This document shows, piece by piece, positions 41,978-54,124 of a stretch of DNA of 60,514 nucleotides. The position numbers and the translations under genes are program-made. Each line of letters opens with the position of its first letter. Position 1 is the stretch's first letter. The stretch is from Rotaria socialis (lineage: Eukaryota). The stretch spans positions 186,001-246,514 of the forward strand of contig CAJNYD010000423.1 in NCBI GenBank assembly GCA_905331295.1, read 5' to 3'. The notes beneath the pieces were generated by a model. It saw nothing but the letters and a program-made list of their open reading frames with translations, did not search any database and had not been told where the DNA came from.

Positions 41978-42784
41978 CTAATAAAGTTTTCCTCCATTTG
42001 GTACTTGCCGATCAACACCAAGGAGAACAATCGAATGATGATCATCATCTTGCGTTATGGCTAATGGAATGATTTCGTTAGTCTGTTCATTGATTGCAAC
42101 TGGTAATTGAGTTGATGGACCGTAAACAACATCAGAAGAAAGATTTTGAACCACAAAACTTTTGTCACCAATTGTTTCACCAAAATCGACTGTTAAAGTT
42201 GCCTCATGCGAATTCTGTTCTTGTTGTATATGCTTGATAGTACCAACAATAATATTGGCAGCTTCGAATTGTTCATAGGTTATTTCAGGCAGAATATTGC
42301 CATTAAAATTACTGGTAGCACTTGCCATATTAGATTCATTAGTTGATTCCATGTGTTGATCTATTGTTGTTGTTGTTGTCGTCATTGAACTTGTGCCCAT
42401 TGTCGATGATAAATAGAGAATTTGTTTGCCATTAAGAACTTTCACATTACGAATATTTAATAAAAATACTTTTGATTTTTCATTTGGAAAGCCAACAATG
42501 AGTACTTCCGATTTCAAACCAGCAATTTTTTTCATTGGAAAATTGACAATACATACAACTTGTTTTGATTGCAGCAGTTCATGTTCGGTGTAGGTGGCTG
42601 GTAACTGTGCAGATGTTGTTTTCTTTCCAATTGTACCGCCAAAATCGATGTCGACAATGAACGAAGGATTTTTTGCTTTTATATTTGGCTTGACGGAGAC
42701 GATTGTACCAATGCGAAAGTCGATCTTTTTCAATAATTCCATAGTTGAGAAAAATCTATCTATAATAAGTCTCCGAAAAGCCAT
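41978..42784 (-). CDS. Tandem CsaA/Trbp111-type OB-fold (tRNA_bind) protein, intronless, putative mitochondrial presequence
   Basis: IDFRIGTIVSV..AKNPSFIVDIDFGGTIGKKTTSAQL...VVCIVNFPMKKIAGLKSEVLIVG (CsaA). Second copy ITYEQFEAANIIVGTI..VDFGETIG..VLLGVDRQVPNGGKLY. ATG at 42784 follows a TTTTCAG acceptor. Confidence 0.85.
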   Translation of the reverse strand: MAFRRLIIDRFFSTMELLKKIDFRIGTIVSVKPNIKAKNPSFIVDIDFGGTIGKKTTSAQLPATYTEHELLQSKQVVCIVNFPMKKIAGLKSEVLIVGFPNEKSKVFLLNIRNVKVLNGKQILYLSSTMGTSSMTTTTTTIDQHMESTNESNMASATSNFNGNILPEITYEQFEAANIIVGTIKHIQQEQNSHEATLTVDFGETIGDKSFVVQNLSSDVVYGPSTQLPVAINEQTNEIIPLAITQDDDHHSIVLLGVDRQVPNGGKLY

Positions 42785-43183
42785 GATTACTGAAAAGAAA
42801 ATAAACACACGAACGAAATGAAATGATTTGATTAGATAAGAAACAATGAAAGAATGCTATGCACTCTAAAAAATTCAGACACATGGCGTGTATAAGTAAG
42901 ACGGTTCGTTCGTCTAAACAAGACACTTTGAACAATTTCTGATTGGTCAGTCAAAGTCTTTTTAAGACACTTCACATGTCTGCGGATAACCGATTTGGGA
43001 CACGTACGCGTCTTATATCGATCCTGATTCGAGTATTTAAACCAATGTATTTAAGTGTCTTACAGCAGTCTTTTTTAGACGCTTCTATCAATCTATGGTT
43101 CACTAATTCAAGAATTCATATTTTTATATGAACATTAGATATTAGAAAAAATATTTTCAATGAAATAATTTTTTTACACTTTA

Positions 43184-43694
<511 letters not shown>

Positions 43695-44169
43695 ATGGGC
43701 ACATCCCTGTGTAGACATATTTCATTCATTTCTTCATATTGATGATGATAATGACGAAAGTATAGAGTAGATGATATAGAAATATTCTTAAAAATTTTCT
43801 GATATACTATCAAGATTGATGATGAGTCTCTAAACGAACAGGTTCAACTTTGTCTCTAAATATAATGCATAAAATTGTTTTTCAATATATATTTTTGAAA
43901 AGTTTCACTTGAATAATATGAACAATGAAAACGATGAAGTTATCTTGTTCAATAGTGGATCATTTTCGACATAGATTGTTTTATAGATCTTATCTCTTAA
44001 TTGTCATTATTTCTTAGTATCTAATGATAGATAAACCGAAACTTTTATGTTAAAAATGAGAGAGAAAAAAAGAATAGTTTTTACAATTATGATGAAAGAA
44101 ATTCGTCAGATTTCTTTCCTTCTTATACAAAATTACGAATAAAATTGAGCAATAACTATTAAATAAATG

Positions 44170-45600
44170 TTATTCGCTTTTCTGAAAGAAAAAAGGGTTA
44201 TACAACGTTTAAATCCGGAGCTTGAAATGTATAAAGTTTGTCCGGCCAAGCCAATCAGTATACAGTATGCTATAAACTAATAAAAATTTAGCGATTGTTA
44301 TGAGAAAAGGTTTGACCGAAGGTAATCGGGGTTGAGGAATCCGAATCTGAGGTCAGTTTTGATACTACTAATTATCTTGTTTTTTCTAAAAAGTTTAATC
44401 AGAAGTAATCGGGGTCGAGGAATTCGAATCTGATGTCAGTTTTGATATTACTAATTAGCTTTAGACTAATTAGTAATTAATTATGTTGGTTTTTCTAAAA
44501 AGTTCCATCAAAGGTAATCTCGGATGGAGAATCTGAATGTGAGGTCAGTTTTAATGTTACTATTTATTTTAGTAATAAGCCAATATTAACAAATGTTAGT
44601 CTTTTTAAAAGCTGTACCAAAGGTAATCTAGCATAGAGAACTCGATTACTAGGCCAGTTTTTCCTCTTTTAACAACATTTATTTCTTTATTATTTATTAA
44701 ATACTGATATTTTTGCGATGAAACTTCGGCAATAGTAATGGTGGATGAAGAATCCGTTTTAAATTTGACTACTTCTCTATAAGTCGTCTGGTAAATTGTA
44801 GGACGTTTCGTTTTCAAATACATATCGTTTCTTTTTTAAAATTCAGTATTGTTTTGCGAAGAGCTGGACGTGATTGAGATAAGTCGCGAACGCGAGTAGA
44901 TTATTAGGGAAGGAGATGGATTTAAATATGGAAGCGGTTAGCCGTGAGTGGCGACCCGGAGGGGCGCCAATGAACGACTAACCGCTGATTCTATTGGTTT
45001 ACGATATTAATCTTCAAAGAAAACTCTCACGAAATGTATCATACTTATGGAAGAACTCCTTCAAGGTTTCGCGAACGAAAAATCTCTATACCACGCCGAT
45101 TATTTAGACCAAAATTGGAACCGGTAGGATTTTTTCCTTACCGATACCGATCTAAATAGTCAGACCGAACTGGGCCGATCGATAGAGCGGTATGAGTTAT
45201 TCTTTATATTTCTGACCCAAAACAGCCAAATCAATACCTCGATTAGTCGTATATGCGCCCTGATCACTACAGTAATGAGATAAGAGTCCTTTTTCACTAT
45301 GTATCTCTGTAAAGTATCTCTCTTCACATATACATCAGCAGTCTTCCATATTCATTAGCTGCTCGCTGGACACAGACATTATCGAATAATTGTATATCTA
45401 ATTTGCTTCTTGCATTCTATTCTCTTTAGTATCTCTCATATACGTGCAAAATATATCCTTTAAATAGTAGATAAATACAAATAAATATATGCTGAGCTAT
45501 AATACAATGATAAAAGGTTTTTGATTTTATTTTGATAACATAAGGCGATATCAATATGAGTAGATGAAATATACGAAGCATGTTATGACGATATGTGACT
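44170..45600 (+). mobile_element. Helentron/DINE-like non-autonomous element, copy 1 (3' end unclear)
   Basis: 5' TTATTCGCTTTTCTGAAAGAAAAAAGGGTTATA fold-back, AAGTTTGTCCGGCC, and repeated AAGGTAATCGGGGT.GAGGAAT.CGAATCTGAGGTCAGTTTT blocks. Confidence 0.55.
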
Positions 45601-45602
45601 AA

Positions 45603-47965
45603 ATTCCCTTTTCTGAAAGAAAGGATTATATGGTGCTTAAAAATGCATCAAGTTTGTCTGTCTGTCTGTCTGTCCAAGCCAATCAGATTGTAGCAAAGTT
45701 TTATCACGTAAGATTTATTTTATTTTACCTGAAATAAAACTCAATCCAAGGTTTTCGGGGTCGAAGAATTCGAAACTGAGGTTAGTTTTTTAAAATTGTT
45801 TTAGCAGAAAAGAGATTTTTTTACGAAAAACATTTTTTTTATAAAGTTTCACCGAAGGATAATCGAGGGTGGGGAATCCGAATCTGAGGTTTTTTTTTGA
45901 TTTGGTAGGATAAGACATAGGCTTTGCACACAAATTTGGATTCGTAGTATATAGAGATATGAGCGTGACTATTGATGCAAATGTATATATCGTATGTATG
46001 AGACTTTCAGCCGCGCCGTTTAGTTTCATTAACTAGCAGAACGATGGATGGCATCTTTTCATAGCCTTTAAATCTCATGTTGCGGTTCCTTCCGAGAATT
46101 ACTGATACTCAAAATATCAATAGTAAAGTATCACTTTGTCAGAGTATGGTACTTCGTTCACAGTCATCGATCGACAGGAAGATCAGACTCTGTGTTGGCT
46201 TCTGAATATAATATGCAGCGCTGAATAGTCGGGAGGGGCGGATCGAACGGACGTTGATGACCGACTGCAAGATGTCTCTTCCACTTTCTTTAATAAAAAT
46301 TAAGGGCAAGGTTACATTATATGATTTTACCCGTATATAGTGCTATCGAGGTGGATTATAGTATTTAAAAAGTCGTTTCAATTGGTTTTTGTTTGTTTAT
46401 TATGTCACGTCGCCAACTAAACGAAATAATCGTATCGCACATGCGGATATTAAAGTATCTCTTTCGCACAAAGTTCGATGAGCCCAATAAAAGTCGCTAA
46501 AACAGAAAGGGCAGACGCCACATTGATTTATACATATGTTACTAAAAGTCGGTCAGTCGAGAGTGGCGGACCGGAGGGACGCCGACGACCGACTGTGAAA
46601 TAAGTCTGGCACTTATGAAAACTTTAGTAAAGACCTAAAGGAACGAATCTTCGACGAAAAAGAAGAGACTGATTATACAGTCTATTTTCTCTGTGCGAAT
46701 ATATATGTGGTAATAGTATTGAAATTATAATCTAGTATAAGCACTATCGGATGGAAATCAGTTGAAGATGAAGCGAGTCCCTTTAACGAGCGTCATCTAA
46801 TTGGTTCGAGGAAAATGATGGTGTCAGTGTGGATAATTTATTTGCGGGACTGTTAGTCGCATAGTTTGTTTCGCTAGACTATGCGACCGATGCATTGCAT
46901 CATCTCATATCCGTTAAAAGTCATGTTGTTACCTCGTATACGACGTGTTGACAGTTGACACTCAGCATATGGAGAGTGTATTGTCCTCTTGTCAAACTAT
47001 CGGATTCCGCTCGAAGTCATCGATGAACATCATGATCAGATTTCGTGTTTGCTTTCAGGCGTAATATGCAGCACCCAGCAGTCGGGAGTGGCGGACCGCA
47101 GGGACGCCGACGACCGACTGCAAATTGGCTCTAACATGTACACAGCTGTAGTGAAGGCCTAAATGATCGAGTCTTTAACGAGAAAAACTGAAATGATCAT
47201 ACAATCTGTTCTCTTTTTGTGAAATGTACGTGGTGTTAAAGTTGAAATCACAATCTAATCAGCGCTATCGGATGATTATCATCTGAAATCAGTTGAAGGT
47301 CAAGCGGCTCCTCTTGACGAGCGTTACTTGTTTTATGAGCTGGATCTTGTTCTGAATTTCTAGTTTTAAATATATAAACAAGATTCGAATATATGTGTCG
47401 ATGAGCTAGAAAATAGATCTTTAATATAGAAATAGACAGGTATGTGTTTCTCAAAGACGAGCATTCAACGTGGAATAGATAACAGATGAGAACAAATATA
47501 TTTGTTTTTGCTCATATTCTGAATCGAATAGAATATAGCTTTGATTAAATCGAGTAGTACTGGCGTGCAGATATTTTCATTCATTTTGGCTTCTAAAGGG
47601 TATGAAAGGGCAGAAATAATGAGATATAGTAATGTGTAAGTAAGGATTTGTAGCATCGGAGAAAATATATTTGAAAAAATTCTCCTTGGAAACCACATAA
47701 AACTGCTTATCCGACACACGTATAACTGTTGATTATGTTTGTAGTACGGTGTATTCTTCCATCAAACTTCTTATTCTATAAACGGCAACCTGGCACATTT
47801 TGAAGAGATTCTCTGAAAATCTTGCAGTGTTCTGTTGCGAGTATTATGTGTCCTGGCAGCCGTTCAGGATCATTATATGATCAGCCTCAACAGTTCACTA
47901 ACCAAGCTAGTATTGTTTCTTTCAGAAAAGGGTCAGCGAATCCAAAGATGAGCGTTACTTGTGTT
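45603..47965 (+). mobile_element. Helentron/DINE-like non-autonomous element, copy 2
   Basis: 5' CCCTTTTCTGAAAGAAA sub-TIR, (GTCT)n at ~45656-45674, inverted sub-TIR TTTCTTTCAGAAAAGGG at 47916-47932 followed by a short imperfect hairpin and T-rich end. Confidence 0.65.
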
Positions 47966-47990
47966 TAGATAGCATTATATTTTAAATGGA

Positions 47991-48269
47991 TAGTTATAGG
48001 TAGAAGTGCAATAAACGAAAAGTTGTTACGAAGCAATCAGCTACTTAAATTATTTAGTAGCTGTATACGAAATTTTGTTAGAAATGAATCAGCTATGTAC
48101 ATTATTTAATAGCTGCATAAGTTTTCTGTAATAGCTATCAAATCTTTTAAATAGCTATGAAAATGTTTAAATAGTGCTATATTTCAAATAGGTAGTTATG
48201 TGAAGTGGCGCAATAAATGAAAAGTTGTTACAAAGCAATCAGCTACTTAAATCATTTAGTAGCTGTATA
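47991..48269. repeat. ~77-bp direct repeat pair with TAGCT/AGCTA sub-repeats (transposon remnant)
   Basis: GCAATAAA.GAAAAGTTGTTAC.AAGCAATCAGCTACTTAAAT.ATTTAGTAGCTGTATA at ~48009-48067 and ~48210-48269. Confidence 0.75.
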
Positions 48270-48304
48270 TCATTCGAAAAAGTATCTCTTTTGAGAAGGT
48301 GCGG

Positions 48305-49260
48305 TCCAGTTATCGTCACTGTCGAAGTGGCGCTGCTTGGAGTTTGAGCATTGAAACGTAATAATTGGTTTTGATTGTTCAATCCGTAGAAGATAATATC
48401 AGGATTGTTTGTTTGTCCAGCAACTGAACCTCAAATATAAAATAAATTCTCGTCAGTGAACAATGTCTTCGTCAAAATTTGTTTTCCACACTTACCACTG
48501 CTAAAGGTAGCAGCAATATTCACGCGTTTACCATCAGCAAGTACCAAATTTATGATGAATTGACCATAAACAAGAAGAAGAGCAACGAAAGCACGTGCTC
48601 GATCTATTAAACAAGATCCAAAACGACATCTTCCTTCACCAGGTAAAATACCAACAATATCGATTTGATTGCCTTGTCTAATATAAAAGAAACGAATGAA
48701 TTTCTCGACGAAATAGGAAGTGTTTTCTTATGATTGTCTTTTTTTGCGTTTGTTGGTTGCTATGTTTCCTGAGACAGTGCAAGAAGTGACAGCAGGGACC
48801 GATGGACTGACAGCCGAGCTGGATTGAGCTCGTTGACGAAGCTATTAACATAGAATACTAATTTTGGAGTGATATCCTTCGAAGAGATACTCACCACTGT
48901 TTGAATGGTCTGACAATTTTCGTCACTGAGACGTCCCAGAGGGAGACTTCCATTTAGAAGAGTCAAATGTGTTGTAAATTGAGCCGAATCTCAAATAAAA
49001 TTAATTTCAATTGCCTTTGTTTTCAAGGAGAAGATGCTTACCATTATTTAGGTTATCAATATCTTTTCGTTGTAAATAAACCGAAATAAGTGCCAAGACA
49101 ATCATTGAAGCAATCAGAAAAAGAACCACACAAATTGCGCAAATTGGAATCAATGCATTGATTCCTCGACGACTAAAATATAACAAAGTCCGATCGAATA
49201 AAAACCTTCATCAGAAACTAACGGTGGTACATATACTGCTGTGTCTATATTAGACATCAT
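48305..49260 (-). pseudogene. Six-exon single-pass membrane protein gene ending in a truncated DUF4394-like domain; probable pseudogene
   Basis: In-frame exons MMSNIDTAVYVPP/RRGINALIPICAICVVLFLIASMIVLALISVYL../..KRKKRQS/../..IFYGLNNQNQLLRFNAQTPSSATSTVTITG. The exon-4 donor reads ATAAGA instead of GTAAGA. The frame runs into repeat DNA. Confidence 0.65.
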
Positions 49261-49804
49261 GTTGGCTATTTTTTGTTGAATGGCAAAGTTTAAAACAACG
49301 TTCGTCTTATAATAGTCTTATGTATTTAGCAATAACCTTGGTACAAAACATTTTATTTCAAAAGCAATCTTTGTGTATAAAAAATAATCAGTTAAGCATG
49401 AAGATCCCTGTTTTTGTTTTCTCTCTTTGAATAGACAGAAGGCTTTCGATTCATTGTCAACAACCAACGCAATAGCCTTTGTGGGTAATTAATGTTTCAG
49501 AGACAAACAAAGATGGGTTTCTCTCTCGCCAATCATTCTTTTTTTCCATGATTCAAAGTCAGATGAGATTATTTTTCATGTTATGGCCTTCAACAATTGT
49601 ACATGGGTACATTTAAAAAAGATAGTTTTAGCCTTGAAAAATCGTTCTTATTACATGTTTTGATGTTGTCTCTGTATGACGAAACGCAAAATGTACGTGG
49701 ACAAGAGTCATTATTACGTGTTACGGCTAAGAATAGCAACATTTATCTTATACTAAAGGAGAATAATATTATTTACCTGTATGAGACATGAGTACTATTT
49801 GAAC

Positions 49805-49869
49805 TAGGGCTTCATGTGGGATGAGATGGGACGAATCGTCACGATCTGTCCTATCTCACGTGGAGCCCA
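49805..49869. mobile_element. 65-bp hAT-like mini-MITE with 8-bp TSD
   Basis: ATTTGAAC at 49797-49804 and 49870-49877. TAGGGCTTCATGTGGGAT ... ATCTCACGTGGAGCCCA. Confidence 0.8.
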
Positions 49870-50052
49870 ATTTGAACCGACAGTAAAAGTGACGCTGATG
49901 ACGCGATAACTCTTTTAAATATGTCGATAGTTTCAATCCAAAATGAATGTGTTATCGGTTATTGTAGGTTTTTATTAGTCAATAACAAGGACACTAATAG
50001 AATTAGTAATGAAACAAAAAAACAAGTATAAAAAAATAACACTGTATTTTAA

Positions 50053-53000
50053 TTAACCATAAGCACTCGCTTTATGTTTGGGTAAAAATTGAAACTCCGG
50101 AGAAACTTTACCCAACAAAAGTTCAGTCAATTTAACCCAATCCGAACAAAGTTTCGATGACATTAATGTTTCTAGAAAATAAAAACGAAAGTTTAAAGAT
50201 AAATTTCTCGTTGATAATTACCGAGATCATTTCGTCCGAAGAAATATGGTGGTCGTTCATTTAATCTATGTGGAAGTCGTTCCAATAAACCCACAGGTAC
50301 ATAACGATAAAGAAATGATATCCATTCGAGTAAAAATCGTCGAGTTTTATCCACACCAGCATTATCAGAACCCCAATGTTCTAAACCATAATTCGCATAA
50401 CTTTTCAACATATCAAAACGTTCACTAGCGGATATATCCCATGTACGTTGTTCTTTTATTTCCGTGAATAACCATGGTTTAATTAGCGCACCACGTGCTA
50501 TCATACAGCCACTAACACTAGTATCATTTAATCTTTGATAATAATCTTCAAATGAATAAATATCTCCGACACCATATAATGGAATTGGATCAGCTGCTTT
50601 CGCACATTCATCAATATAATTCCAATCAGCATTTTTTGAATAACGCATTTCTTTTGATCGACCATGTAAAGTAAATAAATCAATAATATGATTCCCATCA
50701 TGTTCAGATTTCCATGATTTAGCTAAGGAAACAATTTCATGAGCGTTATTTTCTCCAGTCATTATTCCTGTACGTAATTTAAGTGTGATTGGACGTGTAG
50801 ACAGACATGATATTGATCGACATATACGTTCAAAATCAACTGTTCGACGTGTTAATGCACAACCAGCACCTTTCTTGTAAACAAGATCAATTGGGCAAGC
50901 CGCATTAATATCAATAAAATCATAATCAAAATTTTCTTCAAGCATTTGAACAGTTCGTGTCATTGTGTCAACAAATGAACCGCAAAGTTGAACACCAAAT
51001 ATCGTTTCACTTGGATGACGACGTATTAATGCAAATTCAGATATTTGTCCTTGAAGTAATGATGTTGTCAATGCCATTTTACCACAAGTTATTTCACAAC
51101 CAAAATCTTTACATACACGACGAAATGGTAAATTACCAACGGTTGTCAATGGTGCAAGATAAAGACGACGATTAAAATCAATTCGAACTTTTTCACGAGG
51201 TTTTAAACGAATCATATCAACGTCAGTTATTGTACCAAGAGTTCGAAATGGTACCGGACGACTTGTTTGTTGTTGAGATCACCATTGCTTAGATCAACTT
51301 CAGATTGAAGACCTTCAGTTTCAATTGGCTAAAATAAATAGACTTTAAATAAGCGCTAAGGATGTAGGCTGTACTAGTCGCCGATACAAAAATCGAAAAA
51401 AAAACATGTCGTTCTCAACAAACAATTTTAGAGCAAGCAATTAATTTGTTCGGTCATCTTTCTTGCTGGGAGAGAAATATCAACATGTAATCAAATCGAA
51501 CAATTCTTTCGATGAATATTCTTTTGTTTTCCACACTACGTAGCTGTTGAGAATATTGAAATCATATCGAAGACTATACAAAAAATTTATCAACAATTAA
51601 AATTACTGATAAAACACTTTCACTGGAATCAATCGTAATGGATCTCAATGATATCTCTCCTGTTGTCATCAAACGACATTAACCGAATAATAGTGACTTT
51701 TGGCGGATCAGTATTAGTTGTAGTTTTGCGAACTTGACGTAGTTTGAAGGTGATACTTATAAGCATAGAATTGAGAGAGAAAATATCCAACCACTCTATT
51801 CACTTCGTTCATAACATTTATTGATCGACAATTTACGACAAACAAATATTCAAAAAACAACGCTGTGTTGTTCCAAGAAATTCTAGGCTTTATTCGGGGA
51901 ATAAGCGATCAAACATTAATAATTCTAATATTAATCAATGCGAATTGTCCACAAGTCTGTTTACGATGGTTATCACTCTCACATTTGAATGCTTAAGAAT
52001 ATATATGTATTATCAGTATTCTAAATAATATTGCACGTCATGATGAAGGAGCAATTACTCTCAAGAAATATAAATATTGTATAATTTTACGTCAGTTTGA
52101 ACGGGAGATATTGAATACGAAGATCGACTTTATAATTAATCGGACTATGTATGAAGAACTACATTTAATTATGAATATGCTAATTATTTTAGTCACTGAT
52201 GCAGATAATCTTTTAGATGATGTTTTTAGAGAAGGTGTCGTCGGTGATTGACTATCAAAAATTGATGCGGCTCGATCGTCATTTAGATTTTGACACAAGG
52301 GATGGCATATATCATAACTATTGATTGGTATAATGAAATTATGTCTTAGTGATACTGCTATTAATTATATTCTACAAAACGAATTAACATCAACGATTTT
52401 CTTCGACATTTTGGGTGCCTTATTATCTGTCGTAAACGACCAAGAAAATGGTGATAATAATCTCCATTTAAACATTTTATCAATCATGGCTATTGCGAAT
52501 ATCTTATGGAGTGTTTCATTTCATCATCGATATAAAATTGATCGGATCGAAATGTTTGAAATGCTAAACAGACTTGAAGCATTGCGTTTAACCAGTATAA
52601 TCGATAAGGTAGCACCGAACATTTTTATACGTCGACATATGTCTTCATTAAAAAAGAGTGATTGATGGTGTTTGTCAGAATTCATATCCTTCAACCTCAT
52701 CAATCAAATCAAGTTCCTGATTTATCGATATCAGTTGATATTAATAACGGAAAATATTGATGGCAAGAAAGTGCACAAACTATCGAACAATCGGAATATT
52801 TCTTTAGTGAAAAACTCTTCAGATATCAAACAATGGTTTACTACTAATAATATCCTTCCTAAATTACACGACTTCTATCAATTTCGAAATGGCAATGAGC
52901 TGTTACTGTATAGTCAAGCTACGTTATAATTTCCTTGGATAAACGAATACGATTAAGATTTGAAGAGAAATTCTAACAACAAGAACGAAGTTCTTCTTCA

Positions 53001-54001
53001 TTTGAATTTTTAAAATTTATCCACGCATTAGAACGTTTGAAAAACATGAACTAAGATTTTACCTTGTCTTGACCCGGTTCATTTGTATTATTAACTTTAA
53101 GTGCTGAGTAATAAATATCCACAAGTGATCGATCTTATTTTTCTCCAACATCTGTATCATCATGATGTTTTTCTTCGACTTCTGGTGGATTATTCCGTTT
53201 TGCAATATTAGCTTTTGTAATTTGTTTATTGGCCATTTTAACTAAACGATCAGCTACGTTATAATCATATTTTTTTCTTCGTAATAAATGTTTAAGTAAA
53301 CCAGGATATTTATTCATTGCTTCTAAATACTTCTGATTTGAACCTGGGTTAATTATATTATGACCAGTAATTGGATCTATATGAGATTGACTGAAACGAC
53401 AGAGAATACCATATGGACATTGACCGTATACGTCAAACATATAACAACCTTGACGAAGATCTTCCGATCGACGAGATAAGTAATTAGTTAAATCATGTGA
53501 ATGTTTACAGTTTGATTGATATGGACATTTCTCAAGACCACCTCGTACAACGAAATAACACAATTGGTGATCATTGATATTCGATGAAGATCGAGCATTT
53601 ATTTCTAAATGTTTCTGATTTTGACCCTAGAAAAAAAAGGTGAGGAGTTAAATACCAACGAGAATTTCTTGGTTTATTTTACTCGAAATTTCTTTTTCTT
53701 TGGTTCACCAGGATTCTTTGTCTCATCTTTTGTTTCGCCAATTAATTTCTTGTCTGCTTCACTTAAATGTTCCATACTTAATTTAACTTCATGATCAAAA
53801 TCAATAAATCTTCAAAAATAAAACTTTGTTTCTTATTATTTGAAGAGGATTTCTAATATACTCAAGTTTTATTTGGGCCATTCCTGCTTGATTTTTCCAT
53901 GCTTCATATTTAGTTAATTGTTGTTCAGTTAAGTTCGAACGTTCATTTATCGGATGACTAGTTTGCTGTAAACGATGAGAATCTTCCTCAGTCAAACTCA
54001 T
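50053..54001 (-). CDS. DUS3L: tRNA-dihydrouridine(47) synthase-like (CCCH fingers + Dus domain), 5 exons
   Basis: CPYQSNCKHSHD / CPYGILCRFSQSH zinc fingers; LYLAPLTTVGNLPFRR; HGRSKEMRYSKNADW; MIARGALIKPWLFTEIKEQ; GLEHWGSD; FLPKHKASAYG-TAA. Confidence 0.93.
51460..53054 (+). pseudogene. Degraded intronless ARM-repeat/(TIR-associated)-like gene nested antisense in the DUS3L intron
   Basis: Fragments ISILNNIARHDEG, AIANILWSVSFH, and DIKQWFTTNNILPKLHDFYQFRNGNELLLY..EFLKFIHALERL with many frameshifts. They resemble helical-repeat/TIR proteins of lophotrochozoans (recalled, unverified). Confidence 0.55.
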
Positions 54002-54124
54002 TTTTTTTTATCTAAAAGATAATTTCTTTTTCTCTTCTTATGAACAATCGATGAATACTGTTCTTCAGATAGTTTTAATAATAAATAAAATCAGAATAAC
54101 AACAACAACAACAACAAAAACGAA

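Noticed and set aside
49880..49915. CTGATGA as a hammerhead ribozyme core
   Set aside because: No downstream GAAA or required stems.
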